Of a stretch of 64,000 nt of DNA, positions 1-14,725 are shown one piece after another; positions within the stretch are counted from its first letter, which is position 1, and each line of letters begins with the position of its first letter. Source of the stretch: Eledone cirrhosa (lineage: Eukaryota). The stretch covers positions 278,752,001-278,816,000 of the forward strand of contig OZ024740.1 in the NCBI GenBank assembly GCA_964016885.1, in the 5' to 3' direction. Below the pieces are notes generated by a model that made no database searches, was not told the origin of the DNA, and worked only from the letters and a program-made list of their open reading frames with translations. Position numbers and translations under genes: made by a program.

Positions 1-3000
1 GTACTTCAGTGAATATGTGGGTGCTTCAGTGAGTATGTGGGTGCTTCAGTGAGTATGTGGGTACTTCAGTGAATATGTGGGTACTTCAGTGAGTATGTGC
101 GTGCTTCAGTGAGTATTGGGTACTTCAGTGAGTATGTGGGGACTTCAGTGAGTATTGGGTACTTCAGTGAGTATGTGGGTACTTCAGTGAGTATGTGGGT
201 GCATCAGTGAGTATGTGCGTGCTTCAGTGAGTATGTGGGTACTTCAGTGAGTATGTGGGTACTTCAGTGAGTATGTGGGTACTTCAGTGAGTATTGGGTA
301 CTTCAGTGAGTATGTGGGGACTTCAGTGAGTATTGGGTACTTCAGTGAGTATGTGGGTGCTTCATTGGGTATGTGGGTGCTTCAGTGAGTATGTGGGTGC
401 TTCAGTGAGTATGTGGGTGCTTCATTGAGTATGTGGGTGCTTCAGTGAGTATGTGGGTGCTTCAGTGAGTATGTGGGTACTTCAGTGAGTATGTGGGTGC
501 TTCAGTGAGTATGTGGGTGCTTCAGTGAGTATGTGGGTGCTTCAGTGAGTATGTGGGTGCTTCAGTGAGTATGTGCGTGCTTCAGTGAGTATGTGGGTCC
601 TTCAGTGAGTATGTGGGTGCTTCAGTGAGTATGTGGGTGCTTCAGTGAGTATGTGGGTGCTTCAGTGAGTATGTGGGTACTTCAGTGAGTATGTGCGTGC
701 TTTAGTGAGTATGTGGGTGCTTCAGTGAGTATGTGGGTGCTTCAGTGAGTATATGGGTACTACAGTGAGTATGTGGGTACTTCAGTGTGTATGTCGGTAC
801 TTCAGTGAGTATGTGGGTACTTCAGTGAGTATGTGGGTGCTTCGTGTGTATGTGGGTACATAAGTGAGTATGTGGGTACTTCAGTGAGCTTGTGGGTACT
901 TCAGTGAATATGTGGGTGCTTCAGTGAGTATGTGGGTGCTTCAGTGAGTATGTGGGTACTTCAGTGAGTATGTGGGTACTTCAGTGAGTATGTGCGTGCT
1001 TCAGTGAGTATTGGGTACTTCAGTGAGTATGTGGGGACTTCAGTGAGTATTGGGTACTTCAGTGAGTATGTGGGTACTTCAGTGAGTATGTGGGTGCATC
1101 AGTGAGTATGTGCGTGCTTCAGTGAGTATGTGGGTACTTCAGTGAGTATGTGGGTACTTCAGTGAGTATGTGGGTACTTCAGTGAGTATTGGGTACTTCA
1201 GTGCGTATGTGGGGACTTCAGTGTGTATTGGGTACTTCAGTGAGTATATGGGTGCTTCATTGGGTATGTTGGTGCTTCAGTGAGTATGTGGGTGCTTCAG
1301 TGAGTGCTTCATTGAGTATGTGGGTGCTTCAGTGAGTATGTGGGTGCTTCAGTGAGTATGTGGGTACTTCAGTGAGTATGTGGGTGCTTCTGTGAGTATG
1401 TGGGTGCTTCATTGAGTATGTGGGTGCTTCAGTGAGTATGTGGGTACTTCAGTGAGTATGTGGGTACTTCAGTGAGTATGTGGGTGCTTCAGTGAGTATG
1501 TGGGTGCTTCAGTGACTATGTGGGTGCTTCATTGAGTATGTGGGTGCTTCAGTGAGTATGTGGGTACTTCAGTGAGTATGTGGGTGCTTCAGTGAGTATG
1601 TGGGTACTTCAGTGAGTATGTGGGTGCTTCATTGATTATGTGGGTGCTTCAGTGAGTATGTGGGTACTTCAGTGAGTATGTGGGTACTTCAGTGAGTATG
1701 TGGGTGCTTCATTGAGTATGTGGGTGCTTCAGTGAGTATTGGGTACTTCAGTGAATATGTGGGTGCTTCAGTGAGTATGTGGGCGTTTCAGTGAGTATGT
1801 GGGTACTTCAGTGAGTATGTGGGTGCTTCAGTGAGTATGTGGGTACTTCAGTGAGTATGTGGGTGCTTCAGTGAGTATGTGGGGGTTTCAGTGAGTATGT
1901 GGGTACTTCAGTGAGTATGTGGGTACTTCAGTGAGTATGTGCGTGCTTCAGTGAGTATGTGGGTACTTCAGTGAGTATGTGCGTGCTTCAGTGAGTATGT
2001 GGGTGCTTCAGTGAGTATGTGGGTACTTCAGTGAGTATGTGCGTGCTTCAGTGAGTATGTGCGTGCTTCAGTGAGTATGTGGGTACTTCAGTGAGTATGT
2101 GGGTGCTTCAGTGAGTATGTGGGTGCGTCAGTGAGTATTGCGTGCTTCAGTGAGTATGTGGGTACTTCAGTGAGTATGTGGGTACTTCAGTGAGTATGTG
2201 CGTGCTTCAGTGAGTATGTGGGTACTTCAGTGAGTATGCGGGTACTTCAGTGAGTATGTGCGTGCTTCAGTGAGTATGTGGGTGCTTCAGTGAGTATGTG
2301 GGTACTTCAGTGAGTATGTGGGTGCTTCAGTGAGAATGTGGGTGCTTCAGTGAGTATGTGGGTACTTCAGTGAATATGTGTGTGCTTCAGTGAGTATGTG
2401 GGTGCTTCAGTGAGTATGTGGGTGCTTCAGTGAGTATGTGGGTACTTCAGTGAGTTTGTGGGTACTTCAGTGAGTATGTGGGTACTTCAGTGAGGTTGTG
2501 GGTACTTCAGTGAATATGTGGCTGCTTCAGTGAGTATGTGGGTGCTTCAGTGAGTATGTGGGTACTTCAGTGAGTATGTGGGTACTTCAGTGAGTATGTG
2601 CGTGCTTCAGTGAGTATTGGGTACTTCAGTGAGTATGTGGGGACTTCAGTGAGTATTGGGTACTTCAGTGAGTATGTGGGTGCTTCAGTGAGTATGTGGG
2701 TGCTTCATTGAGTATGTGGGTGCTTCAGTGAGTATGTGGGTACTTCAGTGAGTATGTGGGTACTTCAGTGAGTATGTGGGTGCTTCAGTGAGTATGTGGG
2801 TGCTTCAGTGAGTATGTGGGTGCTTCACTGAGTATGTGGGTGCTTCAGTGAGTATGTGGGTATTTCAGTGAGTATGTGGGTACTTCAGTGAGTATGTGCG
2901 TGCTTCAGTGAGTATGTGGGTACTTCAGTGAGTTTGCGGGTACTTCAGTGAGTATGTGCGTGCTTCAGTGCGTATGTGGGTGCTTCAGTGAGTATGTGGG

Positions 3001-6000
3001 TACTTCAGTGAGTATGTGGGTGCTTCAGTGAGAATGTGGGTGCTTCAGTGAGTATGTGGGTACTTCAGTGAATATGTGGGTGCTTCAGTGAGTATGTGGG
3101 TGCTTCAGTGAGTATGTGGGTGCTTCAGTGAGTATGTGGGTACTTCAGTGAGTATGTGGGTACTTCAGCGAGTATGTGGGTACTTCAGTGAGTATGTGGG
3201 TGCTTCAGTGAGTATGTGGGTATTTCAGTTAGTATGTGGGTGCTTCAGAGAGAATGTGCGTGCTTCAGTGATTATGGGGTACTTCAGTGAGTATGTGGGT
3301 ACTTCAGTGAGTATGTGGGTACTTCAGTGAGTATGTGGGTACTTCAGTGAGTATGTGGGTACTTCAGTGAGTATGTGGGTACTTCAGTGAATATGTGGAT
3401 ACTTCAGTGAGTATGTGGGTACTTCATTGAGTATGTGGGTGCTTCAGTGAGTATGTGGATACTTCAGTGAGTATGTGGGTACTTCAGTGAGTATGTGGGT
3501 ACTTCAGTGAGTATGTGCGTGCTTCAGTGAGTATGTGCGTGCTTCAGTGAGTATGTGGGTACTTCAGTGAGTATGTGGGTACTTCAGTGAGTATGTGGGT
3601 ACTTCAGTGAGTATGTGGGTACTTCAGTGAGTATGTGCGTGCTTCAGTGAGTATGTGGGTACTTCAGTGAGTATGTGGGTACTTCAGTGAGTAGGTGGGT
3701 ACTTCAGTGAGTATGTGCGTGCTTCAGTGAGTATGTGGGTGCTTCAGTGAGTATGTGGGTACTTCAGTGAGTATGTGGGTACTTCAGTGAGTATGTGGGT
3801 AATTCAGTGAGTATGTGGGTACTTCAGTGAGTATGTGGGTGCTTCAGTGAGTATGTGGGTGCTTCAGTGAGTATGTGGGTACTTCAGTGAGTATGTGGGT
3901 ACTTCAGTGAGTATGTGGGTGATTCAGTGAGTATGTGGGTGCTTCAGTGAGTATGTGGGTACTTCAGTTAGTATGTGGGTGCTTCAGATAGAATGTGCGT
4001 GCTTCAGTGAGTATGTGGGTACTTAAGTGAGTATGTGGGTACTTCATTGAGTATGTGGGTGCTTCAGTGAGTATGTGGATACTTCAGTGAGTATGTGGGT
4101 ACTTCAGTGAGTATGTGGGTACTTCAGTGAGTATGTGCGTGCTTCAGTGAGTATGTGGGTGCTTCAGTGAGTATGTGGGTACTTCAGTGAGTATGTGGGT
4201 ACTGCAGTGAGTATGTGGGTAATTCAGTGAGTATGTGGGTACTTCAGTGAGTATGTGGGTGCTTCAGTGAGTATGTGGGTGCTTCAGTGAGTATGTGGGT
4301 ACTTCAGTGAGTATGTGGATACTTCAGTGAGTATGTGGGTGATTCAGTGAGTATGTGGGTGCTTCAGTGAGTATGTGGGTACTTCAGTTAGTATGTGGGT
4401 GCTTCAGATATAATGTGCGTGCTTCAGTGAGTATGTGGGTACTTAAGTGAGTATGTGGGTACTTCAGTGAGTATGTGGGTGCTTCAGTGAGAATGTGGGT
4501 GCTTCAGTGAGTATGTGGGTACTTCAGTGAATATGTGAGTGCTTCAGTGAGTATGTGGGTGCTTCAGTGAGTATGTGGGTGCTTCAGTGAGTATGTGGGT
4601 ACTTCAGTGAGTATATGGGTACTTCAGTGAGTATGTGGGTACTTCAGTGAGTATGTGGGTGCTTCAGTGAGTATGTGGGTACTTCAGTTAGTATGTGGGT
4701 GCTTCAGAGAGAATGTGCGTGCTTCAGTGAGTATGTGGGTACTTCAGTGAGTATGTGGGTGCTTCAGTGAGTATGTGGGTGCTTCAGTGATTATGTGGGT
4801 GCTTCAGTGAGTATGTGGGTGCTTCAGTGAGTATGTGGGTGCTTCAGTGAGTATGTAGGTGCTTCAGTGAGTATGTGCGTGCTTCAGTGAGTATGTGGGT
4901 CCTTCAGTGAGTATGTGGGTGCGTCAGTGAGTATGTGGGTGCTTCAGTGAGTATGTGTGTGCTTCAGTGAGTATGTGGGTACTTCAGTGAGTATGTGGGT
5001 GCTTCAGTGAGTATGTGGGTGCTTCAGTGAGTATGTGGGTGCTTCAATGAGTATGTGGGTACTACAGTGAGTATGTGGGTACTTCAGTGAGTATGTCGGT
5101 ACTTCAGTGAGTATGTGGGTACTTCAGTGAGTATGTGGGTGCTTCGTGTGTATATGGGTACATAAGTGAGTATGTGGGTACTTCAGTGAATTTGTGGGTA
5201 CTTCAGTGAATATGTGGGTGCTTCAGTGAGTATGTGGGTGCTTCAGTGAGTATGTGGGTACTTCAGTGAATATGTGGGTACTTCAGTGAGTATGTGCGTG
5301 CTTCAGTGAGTATTGGGTACTTCAGTGAGTATGTGGGGACTTCAGTGAGTATTGGGTACTTCAGTGAGTATGTGGGTACTTCAGTGAGTATGTGGGTGCA
5401 TCAGTGAGTATGTGCGTGCTTCAGTGAGTATGTGGGTACTTCAGTGAGTATGTGGGTACTTCAGTGAGTATGTGGGTACTTCAGTGAGTATTGGGTACTT
5501 CAGTGAGTATGTGGGGACTTCAGTGAGTATTGGGTACTTCAGTGAGTATGTGGGTGCTTCATTGGGTATGTGGGTGCTTCAGTGAGTATGTGGGTGCTTC
5601 AGTGAGTATGTGGGTGCTTCATTGAGTATGTGGGTGCTTCAGTGAGTATGTGGGTGCTTCAGTGAGTATGTGGGTACTTCAGTGAGTATGTGGGTGCTTC
5701 AGTGAGTATGTGGGTGCTTCAGTGAGTATGTGGGTGCTTCAGTGAGTATGTGGGTGCTTCAGTGAGTATGTGCGTGCTTCAGTGAGTATGTGGGTCCTTC
5801 AGTGAGTATGTGGGTGCTTCAGTGAGTATGTGGGTGCTTCAGTGAGTATGTGGGTGCTTCAGTGAGTATGTGGGTACTTCAGTGAGTATGTGCGTGCTTT
5901 AGTGAGTATGTGGGTGCTTCAGTGAGTATGTGGGTGCTTCAGTGAGTATATGGGTACTACAGTGAGTATGTGGGTACTTCAGTGTGTATGTCGGTACTTC

Positions 6001-9000
6001 AGTGAGTATGTGGGTACTTCAGTGAGTATGTGGGTGCTTCGTGTGTATGTGGGTACATAAGTGAGTATGTGGGTACTTCAGTGAGCTTGTGGGTACTTCA
6101 GTGAATATGTGGGTGCTTCAGTGAGTATGTGGGTGCTTCAGTGAGTATGTGGGTACTTCAGTGAGTATGTGGGTACTTCAGTGAGTATGTGCGTGCTTCA
6201 GTGAGTATTGGGTACTTCAGTGAGTATGTGGGGACTTCAGTGAGTATTGGGTACTTCAGTGAGTATGTGGGTACTTCAGTGAGTATGTGGGTGCATCAGT
6301 GAGTATGTGCGTGCTTCAGTGAGTATGTGGGTACTTCAGTGAGTATGTGGGTACTTCAGTGAGTATGTGGGTACTTCAGTGAGTATTGGGTACTTCAGTG
6401 CGTATGTGGGGACTTCAGTGTGTATTGGGTACTTCAGTGAGTATATGGGTGCTTCATTGGGTATGTTGGTGCTTCAGTGAGTATGTGGGTGCTTCAGTGA
6501 GTGCTTCATTGAGTATGTGGGTGCTTCAGTGAGTATGTGGGTGCTTCAGTGAGTATGTGGGTACTTCAGTGAGTATGTGGGTGCTTCTGTGAGTATGTGG
6601 GTGCTTCATTGAGTATGTGGGTGCTTCAGTGAGTATGTGGGTACTTCAGTGAGTATGTGGGTACTTCAGTGAGTATGTGGGTGCTTCAGTGAGTATGTGG
6701 GTGCTTCAGTGACTATGTGGGTGCTTCATTGAGTATGTGGGTGCTTCAGTGAGTATGTGGGTACTTCAGTGAGTATGTGGGTGCTTCAGTGAGTATGTGG
6801 GTACTTCAGTGAGTATGTGGGTGCTTCATTGATTATGTGGGTGCTTCAGTGAGTATGTGGGTACTTCAGTGAGTATGTGGGTACTTCAGTGAGTATGTGG
6901 GTGCTTCATTGAGTATGTGGGTGCTTCAGTGAGTATTGGGTACTTCAGTGAATATGTGGGTGCTTCAGTGAGTATGTGGGCGTTTCAGTGAGTATGTGGG
7001 TACTTCAGTGAGTATGTGGGTGCTTCAGTGAGTATGTGGGTACTTCAGTGAGTATGTGGGTGCTTCAGTGAGTATGTGGGGGTTTCAGTGAGTATGTGGG
7101 TACTTCAGTGAGTATGTGGGTACTTCAGTGAGTATGTGCGTGCTTCAGTGAGTATGTGGGTACTTCAGTGAGTATGTGCGTGCTTCAGTGAGTATGTGGG
7201 TGCTTCAGTGAGTATGTGGGTACTTCAGTGAGTATGTGCGTGCTTCAGTGAGTATGTGCGTGCTTCAGTGAGTATGTGGGTACTTCAGTGAGTATGTGGG
7301 TGCTTCAGTGAGTATGTGGGTGCGTCAGTGAGTATTGCGTGCTTCAGTGAGTATGTGGGTACTTCAGTGAGTATGTGGGTACTTCAGTGAGTATGTGCGT
7401 GCTTCAGTGAGTATGTGGGTACTTCAGTGAGTATGCGGGTACTTCAGTGAGTATGTGCGTGCTTCAGTGAGTATGTGGGTGCTTCAGTGAGTATGTGGGT
7501 ACTTCAGTGAGTATGTGGGTGCTTCAGTGAGAATGTGGGTGCTTCAGTGAGTATGTGGGTACTTCAGTGAATATGTGTGTGCTTCAGTGAGTATGTGGGT
7601 GCTTCAGTGAGTATGTGGGTGCTTCAGTGAGTATGTGGGTACTTCAGTGAGTTTGTGGGTACTTCAGTGAGTATGTGGGTACTTCAGTGAGGTTGTGGGT
7701 ACTTCAGTGAATATGTGGCTGCTTCAGTGAGTATGTGGGTGCTTCAGTGAGTATGTGGGTACTTCAGTGAGTATGTGGGTACTTCAGTGAGTATGTGCGT
7801 GCTTCAGTGAGTATTGGGTACTTCAGTGAGTATGTGGGGACTTCAGTGAGTATTGGGTACTTCAGTGAGTATGTGGGTGCTTCAGTGAGTATGTGGGTGC
7901 TTCATTGAGTATGTGGGTGCTTCAGTGAGTATGTGGGTACTTCAGTGAGTATGTGGGTACTTCAGTGAGTATGTGGGTGCTTCAGTGAGTATGTGGGTGC
8001 TTCAGTGAGTATGTGGGTGCTTCACTGAGTATGTGGGTGCTTCAGTGAGTATGTGGGTATTTCAGTGAGTATGTGGGTACTTCAGTGAGTATGTGCGTGC
8101 TTCAGTGAGTATGTGGGTACTTCAGTGAGTTTGCGGGTACTTCAGTGAGTATGTGCGTGCTTCAGTGCGTATGTGGGTGCTTCAGTGAGTATGTGGGTAC
8201 TTCAGTGAGTATGTGGGTGCTTCAGTGAGAATGTGGGTGCTTCAGTGAGTATGTGGGTACTTCAGTGAATATGTGGGTGCTTCAGTGAGTATGTGGGTGC
8301 TTCAGTGAGTATGTGGGTGCTTCAGTGAGTATGTGGGTACTTCAGTGAGTATGTGGGTACTTCAGCGAGTATGTGGGTACTTCAGTGAGTATGTGGGTGC
8401 TTCAGTGAGTATGTGGGTATTTCAGTTAGTATGTGGGTGCTTCAGAGAGAATGTGCGTGCTTCAGTGATTATGGGGTACTTCAGTGAGTATGTGGGTACT
8501 TCAGTGAGTATGTGGGTACTTCAGTGAGTATGTGGGTACTTCAGTGAGTATGTGGGTACTTCAGTGAGTATGTGGGTACTTCAGTGAATATGTGGATACT
8601 TCAGTGAGTATGTGGGTACTTCATTGAGTATGTGGGTGCTTCAGTGAGTATGTGGATACTTCAGTGAGTATGTGGGTACTTCAGTGAGTATGTGGGTACT
8701 TCAGTGAGTATGTGCGTGCTTCAGTGAGTATGTGCGTGCTTCAGTGAGTATGTGGGTACTTCAGTGAGTATGTGGGTACTTCAGTGAGTATGTGGGTACT
8801 TCAGTGAGTATGTGGGTACTTCAGTGAGTATGTGCGTGCTTCAGTGAGTATGTGGGTACTTCAGTGAGTATGTGGGTACTTCAGTGAGTAGGTGGGTACT
8901 TCAGTGAGTATGTGCGTGCTTCAGTGAGTATGTGGGTGCTTCAGTGAGTATGTGGGTACTTCAGTGAGTATGTGGGTACTTCAGTGAGTATGTGGGTAAT

Positions 9001-12000
9001 TCAGTGAGTATGTGGGTACTTCAGTGAGTATGTGGGTGCTTCAGTGAGTATGTGGGTGCTTCAGTGAGTATGTGGGTACTTCAGTGAGTATGTGGGTACT
9101 TCAGTGAGTATGTGGGTGATTCAGTGAGTATGTGGGTGCTTCAGTGAGTATGTGGGTACTTCAGTTAGTATGTGGGTGCTTCAGATAGAATGTGCGTGCT
9201 TCAGTGAGTATGTGGGTACTTAAGTGAGTATGTGGGTACTTCATTGAGTATGTGGGTGCTTCAGTGAGTATGTGGATACTTCAGTGAGTATGTGGGTACT
9301 TCAGTGAGTATGTGGGTACTTCAGTGAGTATGTGCGTGCTTCAGTGAGTATGTGGGTGCTTCAGTGAGTATGTGGGTACTTCAGTGAGTATGTGGGTACT
9401 GCAGTGAGTATGTGGGTAATTCAGTGAGTATGTGGGTACTTCAGTGAGTATGTGGGTGCTTCAGTGAGTATGTGGGTGCTTCAGTGAGTATGTGGGTACT
9501 TCAGTGAGTATGTGGATACTTCAGTGAGTATGTGGGTGATTCAGTGAGTATGTGGGTGCTTCAGTGAGTATGTGGGTACTTCAGTTAGTATGTGGGTGCT
9601 TCAGATATAATGTGCGTGCTTCAGTGAGTATGTGGGTACTTAAGTGAGTATGTGGGTACTTCAGTGAGTATGTGGGTGATTCAGTGAGTATGTGGGTACT
9701 TCAGTGAGTATGTGGGTGCTTCAGTGAGTATGTGGGTGCTTCAGTGAGTATGTGGGTGCTTCAGTGAGTATGGGGGTACTTCAGTGAGTATGTGCGTGCT
9801 TCAGTGAGTATGTGCGTGCTTCAGTCAGTATGTAGGTACTTCAGTGAGTATGTGGGTACTTCAGTGAGTATGTGCGTGCTTCAGTGAGTATGTGGGTACT
9901 TCAGTGAGTATGTGGGTACTTCAGTGAGTATGTGTGTGCTTCAGTGAATATGTGGGTACTTCAGTGAGTATGTGGGTACTTCAGTGAGTATGTGGGTAGT
10001 TCAGTGAGTATGTGGGTGATTCAGTGAGTATGTGGGTGCATCAGTGAGTATGTGGGTACTTCAGTGAGTATGTGCGTGCTTCAGTGAGTATGTGGGTACT
10101 TCAGTGAGTATGTGGGTGCTTCAGTGAGTATGTGGGTACTTCAGTGAATATGTGGGTGCTTCAGTGAGTATGTGGGTGCTTCAGTGAGTATGTGGGTGCT
10201 TCAGTGAGTATGTGGGTACTTCAGTGAGTATGTGTGTGCTTCAGTGAGTATGTGGGTACTTCAGTGAGTATGTGGGTACTTCAGTGAGTATGTGGGTACT
10301 GCAGTGAGTATGTGGGTAATTCAGTGAGTATGTGGGTACTTCAGTGAGTATGTGGGTGCTTCAGTGAGTATGTGGGTGCTTCAGTGAGTATGTGGGTACT
10401 TCAGTGAGTATGTGGATACTTCAGTGAGTATGTGGGTGATTCAGTGAGTATGTGGGTGCTTCAGTGAGTATGTGGGTACTTCAGTTAGTATGTGGGTGCT
10501 TCAGATATAATGTGCGTGCTTCAGTGAGTATGTGGGTACTTAAGTGAGTATGTGGGTACTTCAGTGAGTATGTGGGTGATTCAGTGAGTATGTGGGTACT
10601 TCAGTGAGTATGTGGGTGCTTCAGTGAGTATGTGGGTGCTTCAGTGAGTATGTGGGTGCTTCAGTGAGTATGGGGGTACTTCAGTGAGTATGTGCGTGCT
10701 TCAGTGAGTATGTGCGTGCTTCAGTCAGTATGTAGGTACTTCAGTGAGTATGTGGGTACTTCAGTGAGTATGTGCGTGCTTCAGTGAGTATGTGGGTACT
10801 TCAGTGAGTATGTGGGTACTTCAGTGAGTATGTGTGTGCTTCAGTGAATATGTGGGTACTTCAGTGAGTATGTGGGTACTTCAGTGAGTATGTGGGTAGT
10901 TCAGTGAGTATGTGGGTGATTCAGTGAGTATGTGGGTGCATCAGTGAGTATGTGGGTACTTCAGTGAGTATGTGCGTGCTTCAGTGAGTATGTGGGTACT
11001 TCAGTGAGTATGTGGGTGCTTCAGTGAGTATGTGGGTACTTCAGTGAATATGTGGGTGCTTCAGTGAGTATGTGGGTGCTTCAGTGAGTATGTGGGTGCT
11101 TCAGTGAGTATGTGGGTACTTCAGTGAGTATGTGTGTGCTTCAGTGAGTATGTGGGTACTTCAGTGAGTATGTGGGTGCTTCAGTGAGTATGTGGGTACT
11201 TCAGTGAGTATATGGGTACTTCAGTGAGTATGTGGGTACTTCAGTGAGTATGTGGGTGCTTCAGTGAGTATGTGCGTGCTTCAGTGAGTATGTGGGTACT
11301 TCAGAGAGTATGTGGGTGCTTCAGTGAGTATGTGGGTACGTCAGTGAGTATGTGGGTACTTCAGTGAGTATGTGCGTGCTTCAGTGAGTATGTGCGTGCT
11401 TCAGTGAGTATGTGGCTTCTTCAGTGAGTATGTGGGTGCTTCAGTGAGTATGTGGGTACTTCAGTGAGTATGTGGGTACTTCAGTGTGTATGTGCGTGCT
11501 TCAGTGAGTATGTGGCTTCTTCAGTGAGTATGTGGGTGCTTCAGTGAGTATGTGGGTACTTCAGTGAGTATGTGGGTACTTCAGTGAGTATGTGCGTGCT
11601 TCAGTGAGTATGTGGGTGCTTCAGTGAGTATGTGGGTACTTCAGTGAGTATGTGGGTACTTCAGTGAGTATGTGGGTACTTCAGTGAGTATGTGCGTGCT
11701 TCAGTGAGTATGTGGGTGCTTCAGTGAGTATGTGGGTACTTCAGTGAGTATGTGGGTACTTCAGTGAGTATGTGTGCGTTTCAGTGAGTATGTGGGTGCT
11801 ACAGTGAGTATGTGGGTACTTCAGTGAGTATGTGCGTGCTTCAGTGAGTATGTGCGTGCTTCAGTGAGTATGTGGGTACTTCAGTGAGTATGTGGGTACT
11901 TCAGTGAGTATGTGGGTGCTTCAGTGAGTATGTGGGTGCTTAAGTGAGTATGTACGTGCTTCAGTGAGTATGTGGGTGCTTCAGTGAGTATGTGGGTACT

Positions 12001-12357
12001 TCAGTGAGTATGTGGGTGCTTCAGTGAGTATGTGGGTGCTTCAGTGACTATGTGGGTACTTCAGTGAGTATGTGGGTACTTCAGTGATTATGTGGGTACT
12101 TCAGTGAGTATGTGGGTGCTTCAGTGAGTATGTGGGTACTTCAGTGAGTATGTGGGTACTTCAGTGAGTATGTGGGTACTTCAGTGAGTATGTGGGTACT
12201 TCAGTGAGTATGTGGGTGCTTCAGTGAGTATGTGGGTACTTCAGTGAGTATGTGGGTGCTTCAGTGAGTATGTGGGTGCTTAAGTGAGTATGTACGTGCT
12301 TCAGTGAGTATGTGCGTGCTTCAGTGAGTATGTGCGTGCTTCGTGTGTATGTGGGTG
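1..12357. repeat. 20-bp minisatellite array, consensus CTTCAGTGAGTATGTGGGT(A/G), ~620 units, runs off the window start
   Basis: Continuous 20-bp periodicity with occasional 19-bp units (TATTGGG). Diagnostic variants recur at +5197 (1-4481 = 5198-9678) and +900 (9361-10260 = 10261-11160). Ends abruptly at ~12357. Confidence 0.98.
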
Positions 12358-13289
12358 TGTTAACGAGGTTAATTCCCTTTCTCTCGAGAAAACCAACATG
12401 TCCGAGACGTCAAATGTATCGTGGCAATCATCTCAATAGTAATAGTACAATTAAAGAGAATTGATAAGAATTAAAAACTAGAAATTTAAAATTAAGTGTT
12501 GAGGTAAGTTTTTTTCATCTTCCTTGTTGAGAAGGAGACTGGAAAATGAACTCTTCGGGAATAGAAAGATAGATAAAAAAATAGTTATAATTTTCTATAA
12601 AAATCTGAAATTAACACATGAGCCACATGACAGGCGCATAGTGTCCGAACACGGAAGAGCCGAACTCCCATCGTCATCGCCCCCATCTCTCTGTATGGTC
12701 AGCAAATGGCGTCCCACGTTCTGGTGTCCTTGACCGTAGGGCTACCTCTCTACTCACCACCATAGGCGCTGAGCTGGCCAGCCGTAGGTGTGAGCCGCGC
12801 GAGATGGAATGACTCTTCGAACGCATCTCCCTTACCATCCTCCAGGGAACGCCTTCTTCGTAGTAATAATTATTTTAATACTTTCTCTGCCAACTTTTAT
12901 GCATTAACTTTGCCTGACACAGACCATCATCAGTTTCCTTGGATTACAGACTTTCTTTATAAATTACAGACACTGTAAATTCTATAAGTTCAGTTATAAA
13001 TTGATGTGCTCGCTTATGATTCTCTGTATAGGTGTGCCTGTGTATGTGAGGGGCATAAGTGATTCAGTGTGTGTGTGTGTGAGTGCGTGTGTGTGTGCAT
13101 GTGTGTGAGTGCGTGTGTGTGTGAATGTGTGTGAGTGTTTGTGTGTGTGTGTGTGTGCGTGCGCGTGCGTGTGTATCGATGTAAATGTGTGAATGCAGGT
13201 AAATATTTTCTTTACTTGAGTTAATAGAAACAGTCTTAAAATTGATGCACAACACATGAAAATGGCAAAAACACATACATACATACATA

Positions 13290-13331
<42 letters not shown>

Positions 13332-13383
13332 CACACACACATAAATATATATATATGTATATATGCATACACACACATATACT

Positions 13384-13417
<34 letters not shown>

Positions 13418-13618
13418 CACACACACATAAATATATATATATGTATATATGCATACACACACATATACTTATATATATATATATATATATATACATATAT
13501 ATAGAGACACATACTTATATATATATACATATACTTTATATCTATATTTGCATGCATATATATATATATGCAAAAAGAAAATCACGGTTGTTCCACTCTC
13601 ATTATCTAGTTACATATG

Positions 13619-13798
13619 GTGGATTGGCAGTATCGGTAGAGGGTCGGACGCCATGCTTTCCAGCATAGTTACGTCCCTTTATGATCTGAGTTCAAATCCC
13701 GCCGAGGTTGACTTTGCCTTTCATCCTTACAGGGTCGATAAAATAAAGTACCAGTAATGCACTGGGTAATTGCTGGCCTTGTGCCTAAAGTAGAAACA
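13619..13798 (+). mobile_element. tRNA-derived SINE with 18-bp target-site duplication
   Basis: A-box-like TGGCAGTATCGG, B-box GTTCAAATCC, conserved core GACTTTGCCTTTCATCCTTAC-GGGTCGATAAAATAAAGTACCAG. TSD ATTATCTAGTTACATATG at 13601-13618 and 13799-13816. Confidence 0.9.
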
Positions 13799-13834
13799 AT
13801 TATCTAGTTACATATGTGCGTGTTTGTGTGTGTT

Positions 13835-13870
<36 letters not shown>

Positions 13871-13898
13871 AGTATGAAATTTCGTTTCATTTTTTCCG

Positions 13899-14007
<109 letters not shown>

Positions 14008-14382
14008 CGAGAACGCTGCAAAGACAAAGAAGAATCTATTGATTGTCTAAACATTCAGAGCAGGCCTTCTGGCGACAAGATAATCGAAATTGAAGACATT
14101 CAAAATCCCTGTTAATGTTTTGTTTTCCTTTGTTGTGTTACTTCACCCATTTTAAAGTATTTCTATTCATATGTTTCTCATTTTCTTTTAGTTACCTTGC
14201 CAAACTAGGATTTCACGTGTCTATTACCAACAATGAATGGATGGCTGTGTGTGTGTATGTGACTGTATATTTATTATATAAGCAAGCGTCAATTATGAGT
14301 TGGAACTAATGTATAAGCGGCGCATGTGTGCATAGGTATGTATATATTCATATATATATACGTATGTGTGCTTGTAAATATA

Positions 14383-14492
<110 letters not shown>

Positions 14493-14530
14493 ATATTAAT
14501 AAATGGTAACTATATTTATAAAACCATAAT

Positions 14531-14595
14531 TATTTTATTATATATATTTCAAGGGCAACCAAGGCAGACTTGGTGCGCTTTCATCAGATAAAATA
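14531..14595 (-). ncRNA. Type I hammerhead ribozyme (family D)
   Basis: Minus strand: TATTTTAT-CTGATGA-[AAGCGCACC..GGTTGCCCTT]-GAAA-TATATA-T-A-ATAAAATA. 8-bp stem I, palindromic stem III, AUA triplet. Lies in a short insert between (TA)n tracts. Confidence 0.75.
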
Positions 14596-14658
14596 CAAAA
14601 TTTTTTTATCAATAGTGACATAGCCATGGAAAACAACCTTGACGGTTGAAAATTCGCT

Positions 14659-14724
<66 letters not shown>

Positions 14725-14725
<1 letters not shown>

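Noticed and set aside
1-12357. CRISPR array or coding repeat (ORFs at 3136 and 8333)
   Set aside because: No unique spacers. The 20-bp period puts TGA in every frame, and the ORFs arise only where point variants remove stops.
13619-13705. tRNA gene
   Set aside because: A/B boxes only, followed by a SINE core and TSD. No cloverleaf.
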